Assembly (NCBI GenBank): GCA_964035545.1
Contig: OZ037765.1
Coordinates: forward strand, 2,666,001 to 2,730,000
Reading direction: 5' to 3'
Source: Bugula neritina
Taxonomy: Eukaryota > Animalia > Bryozoa
Length of the DNA stretch: 64,000 bases
In this document: positions 12,601 to 24,100 of the stretch, in pieces
How positions within the stretch are numbered: the stretch's first letter is position 1
How the letters are laid out: each line of letters starts with the position of its first letter
Notes under the pieces: model-generated
Seen by the model: the letters and a program-made list of their open reading frames with translations, nothing else
What the model was told of the DNA's origin: nothing
Database searches by the model: none
Translations under genes and position numbers: made by a program

Positions 12601-14745
12601 ATAATTAACGCTGCATAACATCATTTTAAACAGCATATCAGTAAAAACATATGAACAGATAATGTGGGTATCTTCACAGAATTACCAAATATTATATCAG
12701 GAATCAACTTGTTTGCACTCAAAACGTACTTGAGTAACTCTGGTCTTTCAAAACAAGAATCTAAATATACATTACGTAACTCAATTTTTGACGAAAAACT
12801 TCCTTAAATGCTAATGTTGAAATACCTTTGATGATAGGGCAGTGTTTGTCAGAGGGGTCTTGTAGTCGACAGAGGGCGGTTATAGCGTGCACCCTCACAC
12901 TGGGAATCTTGTCACTCAGTCTAGCGTGCATACACCTGATGATGTCATCACACAAGTCGTTGTCCAACTCCCCGTTCCCGATGTAGTCGACAGTAAGAGC
13001 AATAATCTGACACACTCTATACCGGATAGCTTTGTGATTAGCTTCATGCGACTGTTAGGTGAAAGAAAAAGACAATTCTAAAAACCCTCGTCTGCAATCC
13101 GACACACACAACTGTATGCAATATTAAAAACATGAAAACAAAACTTGATAAAGATGTGCTACAATTAAGAAAACTAAACTTGTTCTAACAATATCACACG
13201 TACTTTTACACCGCTTTTCCACATTGAAAGCTATTTTATTGTGCAACTTAATGTTCTGTATATTAGTGAATATATGATAACTATGATATATTATGCACCC
13301 GTAGTGAGGTCATGACCTTTACAGCACAAACTCACTTAGCAGCATGGAGTATCAGTATCTAGTTAACTGATCTGATCCGATAGAAAATATATTGAGTAGG
13401 TTTTTATTTTTCAAGAAGCCCTATTCAAAGAATATTGAATTTACTTTACAAAAAAAATGTGCCGTCATTTTCATCGGTCACAGTAGTCTTACCTTGAGCA
13501 AGAAATCCATGGTATCCTTGAACAGGCCAAACATTTGTTTGTCATTTCCAGCTTTAGCGATAGTCTTGGCAATAAATCGCACCAGCCTCTCAACTGTGGG
13601 CTCTGGCTTATTCTCCACCAAAACATACTTCATGAAATGAATGAAATCCTCATTTAAATCTCCCTTACCATCCTAAAATGAATTTCTAAAGGAAATGAAA
13701 TACTGAACAACAATGAATAGGGAGCAAAGCTGTATCTTACAATCATGTTGTGCAAACTGCATTTACACTTGACATTTATTATTCTAAATTTCTTTAACTT
13801 TTTTAATCTTTTGGTATGAGTCACCTTTACTCGTAAATTAAACTATTTAGATACTAGTAGAAAAAGGAAAATCTGCTTTATTTAGATGTAATCAACTCAA
13901 AGCAAATAATGTTGCCTATGTTGATACAATACTTATTAGCGCCTTGAATTTATAACTACATAATGGTGGGTTGAATTAGTTGTAAGTACAGTTGTAATTA
14001 AGCACAAGAAAATAAGTAGATAATGAGTTTGTTTCAACTTGAGCTTTATTTTTAGGTTCACGTTAATGTTATACTAATACTTATTGACTCATTAGTGATT
14101 ATCTCTTTCACTTTTATCAACTTTAAGGATATATTTCAGTTTGAACTACACTGAAAGTTAGTGTTACTCAGAGTGAATGTGAAACTGAGAGTCAGTTTGT
14201 GTTACACTTTGACTTACTGTTAATGCTACTCTTAGTGTTACACTTGAAATTAAGCTTAATCTTACAGTTACACTTACTGTTAATTCTTTAGACTTTAAAG
14301 TTTAAGTTTAACTTGATTCTTAATCCTTAACTTTCAATTATTGTAATTAGTCACTACTCACTAGACCTAGTTACTGTTGGTATTAACTATTATACTTTCA
14401 CCTTGACTTACTCAGCGTTGCTGTTAGACTTACTCTTAGTCTTAGACAGTAACTTAGAGTTACAGTTACTGTTAGTCACTTACTCTTAGTTATACTTATA
14501 GTAGTACTAGTAGTACAACTACATACTCATAAGTCAAAGTGGCATTACTGATTACTCATTAGTCATTAGCGACTGCGATAGTCATACTCATACAGTCATA
14601 CTCATACTGAGTGATACTCATACTCATAGTGATAGTGAGATAGTCAGATACTTACATTGTTGTGTAGGTCAAAAAGACTTCCCATAAGCTTTTCATGAAG
14701 ATGAGTGCTAAACTGAGCTTCAGCAAAAATTTCTTTTACTCCCAT
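3640..14745 (-). CDS. NCAPG: Condensin complex subunit 3 (CAP-G), 17 coding exons, about 1008 aa
   Basis: Exons 14745-14656, 13672-13493, 13051-12826, 12475-12245, 11765-11573, 11066-10917, 10050-9931, 9142-8929, 8314-8141, 7813-7580, 7030-6901, 6673-6532, 5990-5760, 5454-5112, 4582-4486, 4008-3819, 3721-3640 join in frame through GT-AG introns. CAP-G motifs SHEANHKAIRYRVCQ, ARLSDKIPSVRVHAITALCRLQDP, ERTRDVNEVIRKTAY, AEGLSKLLL and LSRLIILWYNP..LRHCLGVFFP. Confidence 0.95.
6800..6895. repeat. About 20-bp minisatellite next to an NCAPG donor
   Basis: Four to five degenerate copies of cacacaacactgtttagca. Confidence 0.7.
7852..8138. repeat. About 30-bp degenerate minisatellite filling most of NCAPG intron 9
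   Basis: Repeated tatactcagtgagtactactgtagtcacagt units run up to the donor at 8140. Confidence 0.85.
8340..8460. repeat. Short minisatellite upstream of an NCAPG acceptor
   Basis: About four tatactcagactatacatgtg units. Confidence 0.75.
9400..9940 (-). repeat. 22-bp minisatellite (about 24 copies) whose unit is the NCAPG exon 7 / intron 7 junction
   Basis: Minus-strand unit CAGTTAGTAG|GTGAGTTACTGT; the first copy overlaps the true exon end. Confidence 0.95.
10060..10690. repeat. About 26-bp AT-rich minisatellite abutting the NCAPG exon 7 acceptor
   Basis: Repeated tagaatatatatgttatatagrata units. Confidence 0.95.
11105..11335. repeat. 8-bp (cagagtga/cagagtaa) and 12-bp (aggtgaactatc) tandem repeats in NCAPG intron 5
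   Basis: Read directly; they explain the spurious ORF 11034-11303. Confidence 0.85.
13960..14652. repeat. 6-bp-phased cryptic tract in NCAPG intron 1
   Basis: tgttag acttac tcttag tcttag ... acttag agttac agttac tgttag and gatact catact catagt gatagt, running up to the first donor at 14655. Confidence 0.8.
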
Positions 14746-15169
14746 CGTGGTATTGAATGTGATGCATCAACTTCACATCGACATTACGAATCTCGTACTT
14801 ATTAACATTGAATTATTATTGTTTTCGAGTCCGTACACCAGAGTGTCATTGATTTGAATAACCTTCGGAATACCGCGGTTAAATCTCAAGATCTGAGCCT
14901 ATACATTGAAAAGTTAGTGGTTTGATGAGTAAACAGCAACGAACCGAAACTATCATGATGTTTGACTTTTTGGGCTATGATTTAGGCATTGAAGCAATTA
15001 GAAAGCTAGTTTCCGTCACTCCGGAGCTATTAAATATGTCCCCTTTCTTACAAACACTCTAATTTCAATTTGTGTCGACTTTTATTTTATTCTTTGCCAA
15101 TACATCACCGTATTTGGTTGATGTTAACGTTCAAGTTTTATATTTAAAGAAAAAGAAGAACATTCTAAG
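14746..15169. promoter_or_regulatory. Bidirectional promoter region between NCAPG and CACTIN
   Basis: Only 424 bp separate the divergent ATGs at 14745 (-) and 15170 (+). CpG content is locally higher. Confidence 0.75.
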
Positions 15170-18100
15170 ATGGGCAAACATAAGGATAGGCGTCACTCTC
15201 GTTCACTGTGAGGCTTAGAGTTAGGCGAAATATAATTTTAAACTAGAAGATTTCTCTTTCAGTTTCACTTTTAGTTTTACTTGTTCGGCTTGTTGTGCTT
15301 TTGCAATTGGAAATACTTATAACTATAAGTACTAATTATAAGTAATAGAAACAGTAATACAATTTTGATATTAAATTCAATCCAAATTGATGCTCATAAG
15401 TAATAAATATAATTATGTGATAATTTGATGGGATAAATAATTAATTAAATATAATCATTGTGATAATGATATTGATTATTATCTTGATCTTCATCTTGTT
15501 AAATGTTAATCAGTATAAGTATTACTTAAAGTTAAGCTACTTGTTAAGGCTTGTCAACAATAAAGTGTAGCACGAACAGTAACACTAACTGCAAGTGTTA
15601 CAGTCTGTACTGGTACATTACACTTTGACTTACTCATACTGTTGGTGTTAGACTTGGTCTTTCAAACTCAAAATTAGTGTCACTGTTCAGGTTTCGAAAA
15701 TTTTTTTGTAATAACTTAGTTATTAATTAAAAGTAGAGCTAGTACTAGTAGTAATACTATTAAATTTATTTAATAATTGATACTTATACAAGTTATACTT
15801 ATATATTTGTGATTATACAAGCAAATCTAAAGATATTCGTGCAAGACATAATCAATGTTAATGTAAATTCACTTTTTTAAGATTTAGCCACTTAAAAGCA
15901 TTAGTGATAATTATTTTCCACTTTTCCTATTACTATTAGTATTAGTGTTATATCTCACGATAAATATCCTAACATTGTCATTTTCATTTTGACTGCAAGA
16001 AGTACAAAACAAATTAAGGTTGATATAGACATTAAAACATAATCACTATTAAACAGTAATACAAACACTGGTATTTACATGCTTGAGTTCAACTTCATGA
16101 TCTTACACCCAGTCTCATAAACTAACTCTCAGCACTTACTCTCTAGGAATCTTTAGATTATTTGTTATATTTATGTCTATATCAGAAAAATTTATTTTGG
16201 AGTTACATTAACTTGATAAATTGTTTTCATTTTATTATATTTATCTTTTATGTTTCCACCAAGTCTTCTGTATTTTAATAATTTTAAATTATTAGTAAAT
16301 TTTTATTCCAGAATAGTAATAGTAGGCCTGAAATAATTAATATTTGTACATATTGTACGTATTTGTATTGATAACTCCATTTGTATTTTAAAGTATTATT
16401 GACTTGCAATAAAAATAATATGTTGAAACTTGACAGTGACTGTCGAGTTGTAATTGCCAGAGTTTATGTGACTGAAACTGAAGAAAATAGGAAAATCATC
16501 ACTATCAAACAAACACTCAATATTGTTACCAGGGAGCTTACCTCAAGTTATTAATATTGCTCAGTTAATTTGCTATGCTATAAATCATTCTACAGACTTG
16601 CATCATATGGCCACACACGCACAAACACGCCTAATTTTTTTTTAGATAATTTTTAATAAGTTTTCTATGTAATTTCTTGCACTACAAATCACCACTTTCG
16701 TCAAACTTACTTTTTTAATGTTACTCATTGTCAACACTGTTAAGGTTTCTCCACTGAGCATGATGTGTTTATCGTCTAGGAACAGTTGTTTTCAATTCTG
16801 TGCTATTTTTAGATCAAGGGAAAGATCTCGATCTCCTAACAAATCACGGGACGACTTCAACAAGCATCGGTATGTTTGTGAAGTTTCTATTTTAAAAATG
16901 TAAGATACCAGAAACAATATTTTACTTCTAAATACATTGTTTTTTTTTTGTAATCGTTGCTCAATATTACATCACATTATCTGATTTTACTGTTAGGTAT
17001 GTCAGATAAGCAAGTATTAAGATATCAGATTTATGAAATTCTTTCTTGGAGTTGTCTTCTCACTACACTAGAATTGATCACTTTGAATGTTATTACTCCA
17101 TAAAATCTAATTTTGCTATAGGATTTCATTCATTAAAAATAAAACTATTGAAATTGGAAGATGATTCATTACTCACTAAAGCGTGAAAATGTTTTTGTGT
17201 GTTGATTAAACAACCAAAAAAGAATATTTGACGTTGTAATAATAATTTTTAGAAATATCAAAACTTTATATAATAAAAATATGTTATACTCTTATTGCTG
17301 ACAATTATATTATAATATTATGTATTAGTTTATGATATAGTATGTTCCCTATTGTATAAAATACTGAAATTCTGTAATAAGATGTTTTTAAGCATGTAAA
17401 GGGAAGATAACTGCAGAAGATGTGCTTTTTATCTCCTGCTGGGTTCAAAAATGTAGAATTTTATTTAGCTTGAGCTTATAATATTTATTTTACATTGTTT
17501 TGTTTACTGAGTAGACAATTTCTTATATTAAACAAAATTTCAAGAAATACTGTAATTCAAAAATTATATCCTTGCTCCACATCTATATAATCTATATATG
17601 TGACCAGTCGCGACAAAACCGGGGATGTGGCGGCGTTTATAAAGTGTAGTAAATGAAGGTTTAATTTGGAAATACTTAAATTTGATATTAATTTCCAGTT
17701 TTTAGGTTTTGAACTTTTCTAATACAAAAAAATCCAAGGATTTCAAAAATCATACTTTTGTAAGCATTTGATGATTCCTTCAGCTCTAAAATTGCACTTA
17801 AAGTTGGTAACTAAGGCGTTCAATTTTTTAAATGATGAAAAAATTGGGAAGTTATCAAACAAAGAAAGAAGACAATTTTAGTCATTTTCATAGCGTGAGA
17901 TCTTGCAAATTTATTTTTTATCAAATGAATTTAGCTTGCACCTCTTTCTTCGCATTGTCAGAAGCATCGTATTTAAAATCTAAGGCTAGTTTTAGTTTTT
18001 CATCGTGTTCCATCCAAAGTTAGCTTTTAAGTTACTGAGCTGTTTTGCCCTTTGGTGATAAATGCTAAACTTAATCTTTATCTTTAGCGTTCAAGCTTGA

Positions 18101-21100
18101 AAATCACAACAATACAGGTAATTATACTCAAAACCATCATTTACGCTACTAACTTAGAATTGTTGCCAGGATTATTTGTAGTTATCAATTTATTAATATT
18201 CATACTGATACTATCACTATGACTAGGACTAGGAGTATGTCGATTCTATACTATTACTAGTAACTATTTAAATGACTCACAGTTTGAGGTACGGTTACTC
18301 ATAATGATAATCATAATGAATATCATTCATAATTTACTGATACTGGTATTTGGCAGTAAAACCAAATGTAGCTCATTAATATTAATACTAATAGTAATAG
18401 TATAAGATTAAGTAATGATTAATAATTAAATTCACTATTTGAGTCTGACTCTGAGTTTCGCCTTACTTATAGTTGCTTGACTTACTTGAAGATGCAATCA
18501 CGTTAGACCACTAGATTAGTGTAAGCACTTGATACTCATACTGATAATATTATATTTGTTGATTTATTCTATAGTTGATATTTAAATTTACATTCACATT
18601 GGAGTTACTCTTAGTAACTTTTAGTTTTAGCCTCTGTCTTAGATTTTGTCAATACAGTTACTGATTACTATTAGTATTATTATTAACATTAGGCCTACTA
18701 GTCAAACTACCATTTCCTTTTGTGATTTTTAAATTAGCTCAAAGTTTGATTTAAAATATAATGATAAAATCTTTATCACATTATGCACGCTCACAGTTGC
18801 TGTCAAAACTCAATTGATAATCCTATTTATATTGATAAAAGCATCACCTCTAACCAAATTGAAATGGTAAATGTGATTAAATGTAAATGAGTATAATGAT
18901 GAAATATTAATGCGAGTTCATGGTGATTCTATAGTTGACTGACTTAGTTCTTCAGTAAGTTACTTTTAGTCTTATTTAGTGAGTAGTAACACTAACTGAA
19001 TGCATAAATACTCTAAACTTTTTTATTTGATTATAAAGGATGAGCAAACATTTATTCATATTTTAAAGTAATTTATTGAATTCAAATTGATTTTTATAGT
19101 AAATGTCTTAAATATATTCAGTTGCACTTAGCTAGCTTTTTTACTCGATTAAATGCCTGAGTGGTTAATAGTTATCGAAAGACATTGCTTCAAAATTGCC
19201 AATTGCAGATATGCTAGATATTCAAGTGCATAATGTGTAATTTTACTGATAATACTATGTTAATATAGAATAATCCGATATTCTGTACATTTTAGAAAGT
19301 GGACTTATGAGAGCATTAGAGTGAAGACTTATACCTACACAACTCTATTACCTATCAATCTAACACTTCTAATGTAGAATTTTGGCTTGCAAAGTTATGG
19401 CTTCTGCTTATTTCATTCATAAAAAAGGTTTGCAGTCTTTTAATGATGTGCTTGAAAATTTTCAACAATTTTTTAATTTAAATTGTTCTGTTTAATTCAA
19501 TAAATTTAAATGTTGATAAAATGCAGGATGACAATTAACTGCTGCCACAATAATACCACAAGAGTGTTTAACCAACTAAATTTTTATAATATAAAGTTCT
19601 GCGTATAATTTCTAATCAAGCTACCGTTTTCTTTTGTTATTTAAAGAAGTCAACATTGTACTTGCAGCTCTGGAATAGACAATAGATGAGTAGATTGGCA
19701 GGATGGATGTCAAGTAGCAGCATCTATAATTGCTAGAAAATCAGCTGATGATAGTGATGAAGCTTTTGCCACATACATGATGTTATGTGTCCATACTCCG
19801 TAAACTCATATTATGGAGACCAAGGACGTAGAAAGATGAAAAGTGCCTTTTTTGCAAAAACCGTAGAAGCTACCTAATTTTCTTTTCTTGATTAGAGTTA
19901 ATTCAAGCATAATGGTTGTATTCAGGCTGGATTTTTTACTGCATTTAATTAGTTTTTTAAAATAATGTATTTGATTTTTTAAATGTGAATATTAATGCCT
20001 AATAAAACTCAAAAGTTCTAATAGCTGATTTTATGTTTATATTTTCAACACCTCAGCCAAATCAATTGCTAAATTTAGTTGCCGTTAGAGATTATAAAGA
20101 TATTTATGAATGAATCTCGAATGATCTCATAATAGTCAAATAATTTTCTCATAAGTGTTCTACTCATTAAGCAATAACTATGGAACAGCACAGCTCAATA
20201 GCTGCAGTTTGACATATTACACAATATATTAGAGGAGAGGAAGATATTCAACGTATAACAGGAAGCAGCTGCCATTTTGTTTTATATGACTTCCTGCTGA
20301 CTTGGATGCCTAATTTAAATATCTCAACACACAAACTTGCTGAAACATCCTCTTCTTTGCTGGAATTGTTAAACTTTTCAATCATTAAACAAAGTAAAAA
20401 GCAAATTGACAAATAAGTTAGACAAAAGGTTTGGCGACCATATTTGACCTAATTTTATGTTGAGGCAGCATGAAATTTAGTTTAACAGAAAGCCCAAACT
20501 TTCACAATTATTTTGATACCAAATTTGTCACTATTCCTATTATACAAAGACCCGTTGCTAAGGCTTGTAAATTGTAAACAAATAATTCTCAAATTATTCT
20601 AGAGTTGCCAACTTTAAATGCGATTTTCTCGAAACAGTAATTTAGAAATTCTAAAAACGTTAAAGTTTTTAAATACTAATATCTCGAGTTCTATTTATGC
20701 TAGAGACTTCAAATAAAGTGCAAAATGTTCGAAAAAGTCTGCTCTATCACTCCACAGTAATAACTAGGTTTTCAACATTTTATATACATCCCTTGTTTTG
20801 TGGTGCCAGGTCACATATAATAGTAATGATGGCCGTGAGAAGCACAGCATAAATGCTAATCACTCATGTTCCAAAGTCATTGGGCATAGTGGCAACTAAC
20901 AAGACTAAAGCCACCCTTTTTTATTTTGATAAAGAATTTAATACTGTCACGTTTATTTTTTTGCTGTGGAGTGATGGTTGTCAATCTTGGTGAGATTTGA
21001 ATTTGTTACAGCTGCCAGATCATGATGTTTTTCATAACCAAAAGCCACATATTGTGTTACAATACTTGAACTCATGGCCTTCTGATATTTTTACTGGTTT

Positions 21101-24100
21101 CTGGCTAAGCATGTTCAAGGCTGCAGAAATTGCTTGCTGTTAATTTGTTTCATTTCCTAACGTCCTAAGATGTTGATAAATGTTTACAAAATAACATATA
21201 CGGTTACCAACCAATTGGAAGTAAACTGTTTCCCTATATTATTACTTTGTAACATTGTAGTTCCTCTGAGAAGAAAAAGTCCAAACACATGACTAAACAC
21301 AGGTTAGCTGGCTTACACATTCTACTGTGTAGTTGTTACAACACTGTAGCTCATGTCTGTATTTTAGGGTTGTAACTTGGCTGGAAATATTATTTGATGA
21401 CTTCCCTGCTCATTTATATAACAGAGCGAAAAAAATAGCTGTAAAAGTCATTGGCTTATCTTGGATGTGTGTATAATAAACATGGAATGCATCTGAAATC
21501 TATTAAAAATCTATAACCTGCATGTCAAGTTGTCTTTCTAATTTATACAAACGTTGCAAGCATAGTTATGTAGTATTATGTCAATAAGCTTTATTCAGTG
21601 TAGAACCTGTTACTAGATTGAGTCATTGAGAGTGACTAACAGTACGTACATAAAGCACTAGCCTATTATCTGAAAGTTATTTTCTGTTACAGCTTGTATA
21701 TCAACAATGCTATAATACACCAGTGTGTAGAGATTTTGTATTGATAATTTGTTGAAATAATGAACTGCCTTGTAAAATAAATCGGATTTCAGTTGAAGTT
21801 TCATCTGCAGCTTAGTAGTACAGTAAAATATATACTGGTATCCAGAGTGGTCAAATCTAAGTGAACTGCATGTTTATTGGTGTGTTTGTAGATACTCAGA
21901 TTCTGACTCATCAAATGATGGTTCTAGAGAGAAGAGACACAAGTGAGTAGATTACCCTTCAATATGATTCAGTTAAACAAGTATGCCAGTATGGCTTCCC
22001 CATCAGCCAATGTGAGGGATAAATGATAAGCTTTATTGCTAAAATGGTTTTACCATTCAAGAATCATCTCAACTTGGTTTTAATATTTTGTTTAATAATC
22101 TGAAATGTCCTACACATAATTGAAGTATATGGTTGTTTTATGTTATAGCAGTGAAAATAGGGTGATTTATTGAATGATGAAATAAGTATTATGCAAACTT
22201 CAAGATGCAGTGGACGAGTGACAAACACCATAATACTATGTTTGAACATGAACAGCTTCCTATACCACTACAGCTATATAACAGATACACTTTAAGCAGA
22301 TATACTATACTATACAATACTAATTGAAGCTTCAAAGTTTGATAAGTTTTAAAAATTAAGCTTGCTGCTTATGAAATATAAATCTAAATATCGGAACAAA
22401 AATAAGTCCAAACTTAAAATGCAAGCTTTGCTCTTGAGATTGACAACAATGTTAAAAGTGAATTTAAAAGATTAAAATTGAGCACAACATCACCATAGAA
22501 ACTAATATTATATATAAATTACTCGGTGAATGAAAAAAGATTGTAGTTTAGCAGAAAATCCACATAGGTTGCATATAGTTTATATTAATAAACTCTTACA
22601 TAGTTTAAAAGTTTGGTGATTTCCGTTCTGGGAATGAAACAGGATGAGCTGCAACCCCCTTAAGGAAGTACGTGATTGAGAGCTCGGGCAAAGCCATTAG
22701 TCTACAGTTGATGTCACTTTTAGCTGAATTTCTCAGCACATATCCAAGAGTATTGCTGCCGTAGGGTCTAAAGTATATTTGATTTTGAGCCAAATGATTG
22801 AAAGATGAAGAATTGGCTATGGCGAGGGTTTCCACACATTGGTCTAGGTAGTTTCCTTGGAGTTTGTGCAATGCACTAAGTTCTGACTGGAGCTCGTCTT
22901 TAGTAAACGTTTCGTCAAGCTCATTTAAAAACTTCTGTTTGAAGTGTTTATATATTCGGATATCAGCACCATTTAATCTTGCAATAAAGTTATTGATTTT
23001 TCGAGGATGATTTGCTTTTCTTGTTGAGTGACCATTTTGAGCATTCTGCTTAAAATATACAATGTCTGCCAACTCCCAGTTAAATTTCTTGCGTAGTAAT
23101 ATGAGAGATTCATCAAAATATTCGGTTATAATTACAATATTCATAACTCTGTCAAGTTGTTGAATGAGATTGTCAACATTTGCTGTATCCATCTTTTCCA
23201 TAGATAGTCCAAGGTCAAATGCCTGTAGATTACTTACAGGGAGCCCGCTGCTGCACCTACCAGTTGCCTGGATGCTGTCTATATAGGGGCTGTACATAAT
23301 GTTCTCAATGCTTGTGTTGAAACAACGTATGCTGTGCATGTTGTAATATGCAAATGCTGATTTGAACAATGACACTGGGTCTCGCAGTATAGTAATAAAC
23401 TTAGCTTCTGGTTTCATAATGATTTTCATTTCAGCCTCATGGAACTTGGAATGGTGAACCAAGAAGTCATATTTAGTTATACCTTTCTGTTTAGTCACAA
23501 ACTCCTCAGCATCAAATGGTAACGGCCAAAAGAATGAAGCCTTGAAAGCTGGTAGTGCTATTGTGAGATTTCGAAGTATTGCATATCTAAGCAGTATGTT
23601 TTGTATTGTGCTACTGCCAGTCTTGTGAGTTTTTAGGAGTAGAACCGACCGGACAGACTCGTTTCCTTCCTTAGTATATTTGGATCTTGCCTTTGCAAGA
23701 TCTTTGAAGTTTAGTATTGCATTAACTTGTTTGAGAGAAAGATTTCTATCCTTATTTCTATACTTTTTAAAGATATCTCTCCTGCTGCCAAATTGCAAAC
23801 TGTTCAATACATGTGATGGTTTGAATGCAGCGACTGATGCTCCTGAAGTCTGTCGCAGTTCATTATACTTATACAGGAGGAATACTCCATCTGCTAGTAA
23901 CATACACAATAGTATCTTTATACACAGTTTAAGTTTATTTTTACTCATCTTTTTCTTTCCGCTCAGTTCAGTTGTATATACCTTGGTCACAAACTACCAC
24001 CCTAAAAACAAAAACACACGCTACTTTAACTTATAATTTTACTTGTGTGAAATTTAAGTCATGACATATCTCTACCTGCTAGTAATTTATTGTATGAAAA

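Noticed and set aside
14221-14300. Phased tracts translate to beta-strand-like alternating peptides (NATLSVTLEIKLNLTVTLTVN; TVTLTASVTV near 15576)
   Set aside because: Frames hit frequent stops and phase slips, the same pattern appears on both strands, and there is no splice or start context. It is a by-product of the 6-bp DNA phase.
14420-14490. TTAGAC/TTAGTC words as interstitial telomere repeats
   Set aside because: There are no TTAGGG or TTAGG runs, orientation is mixed and the tracts are not G-rich.
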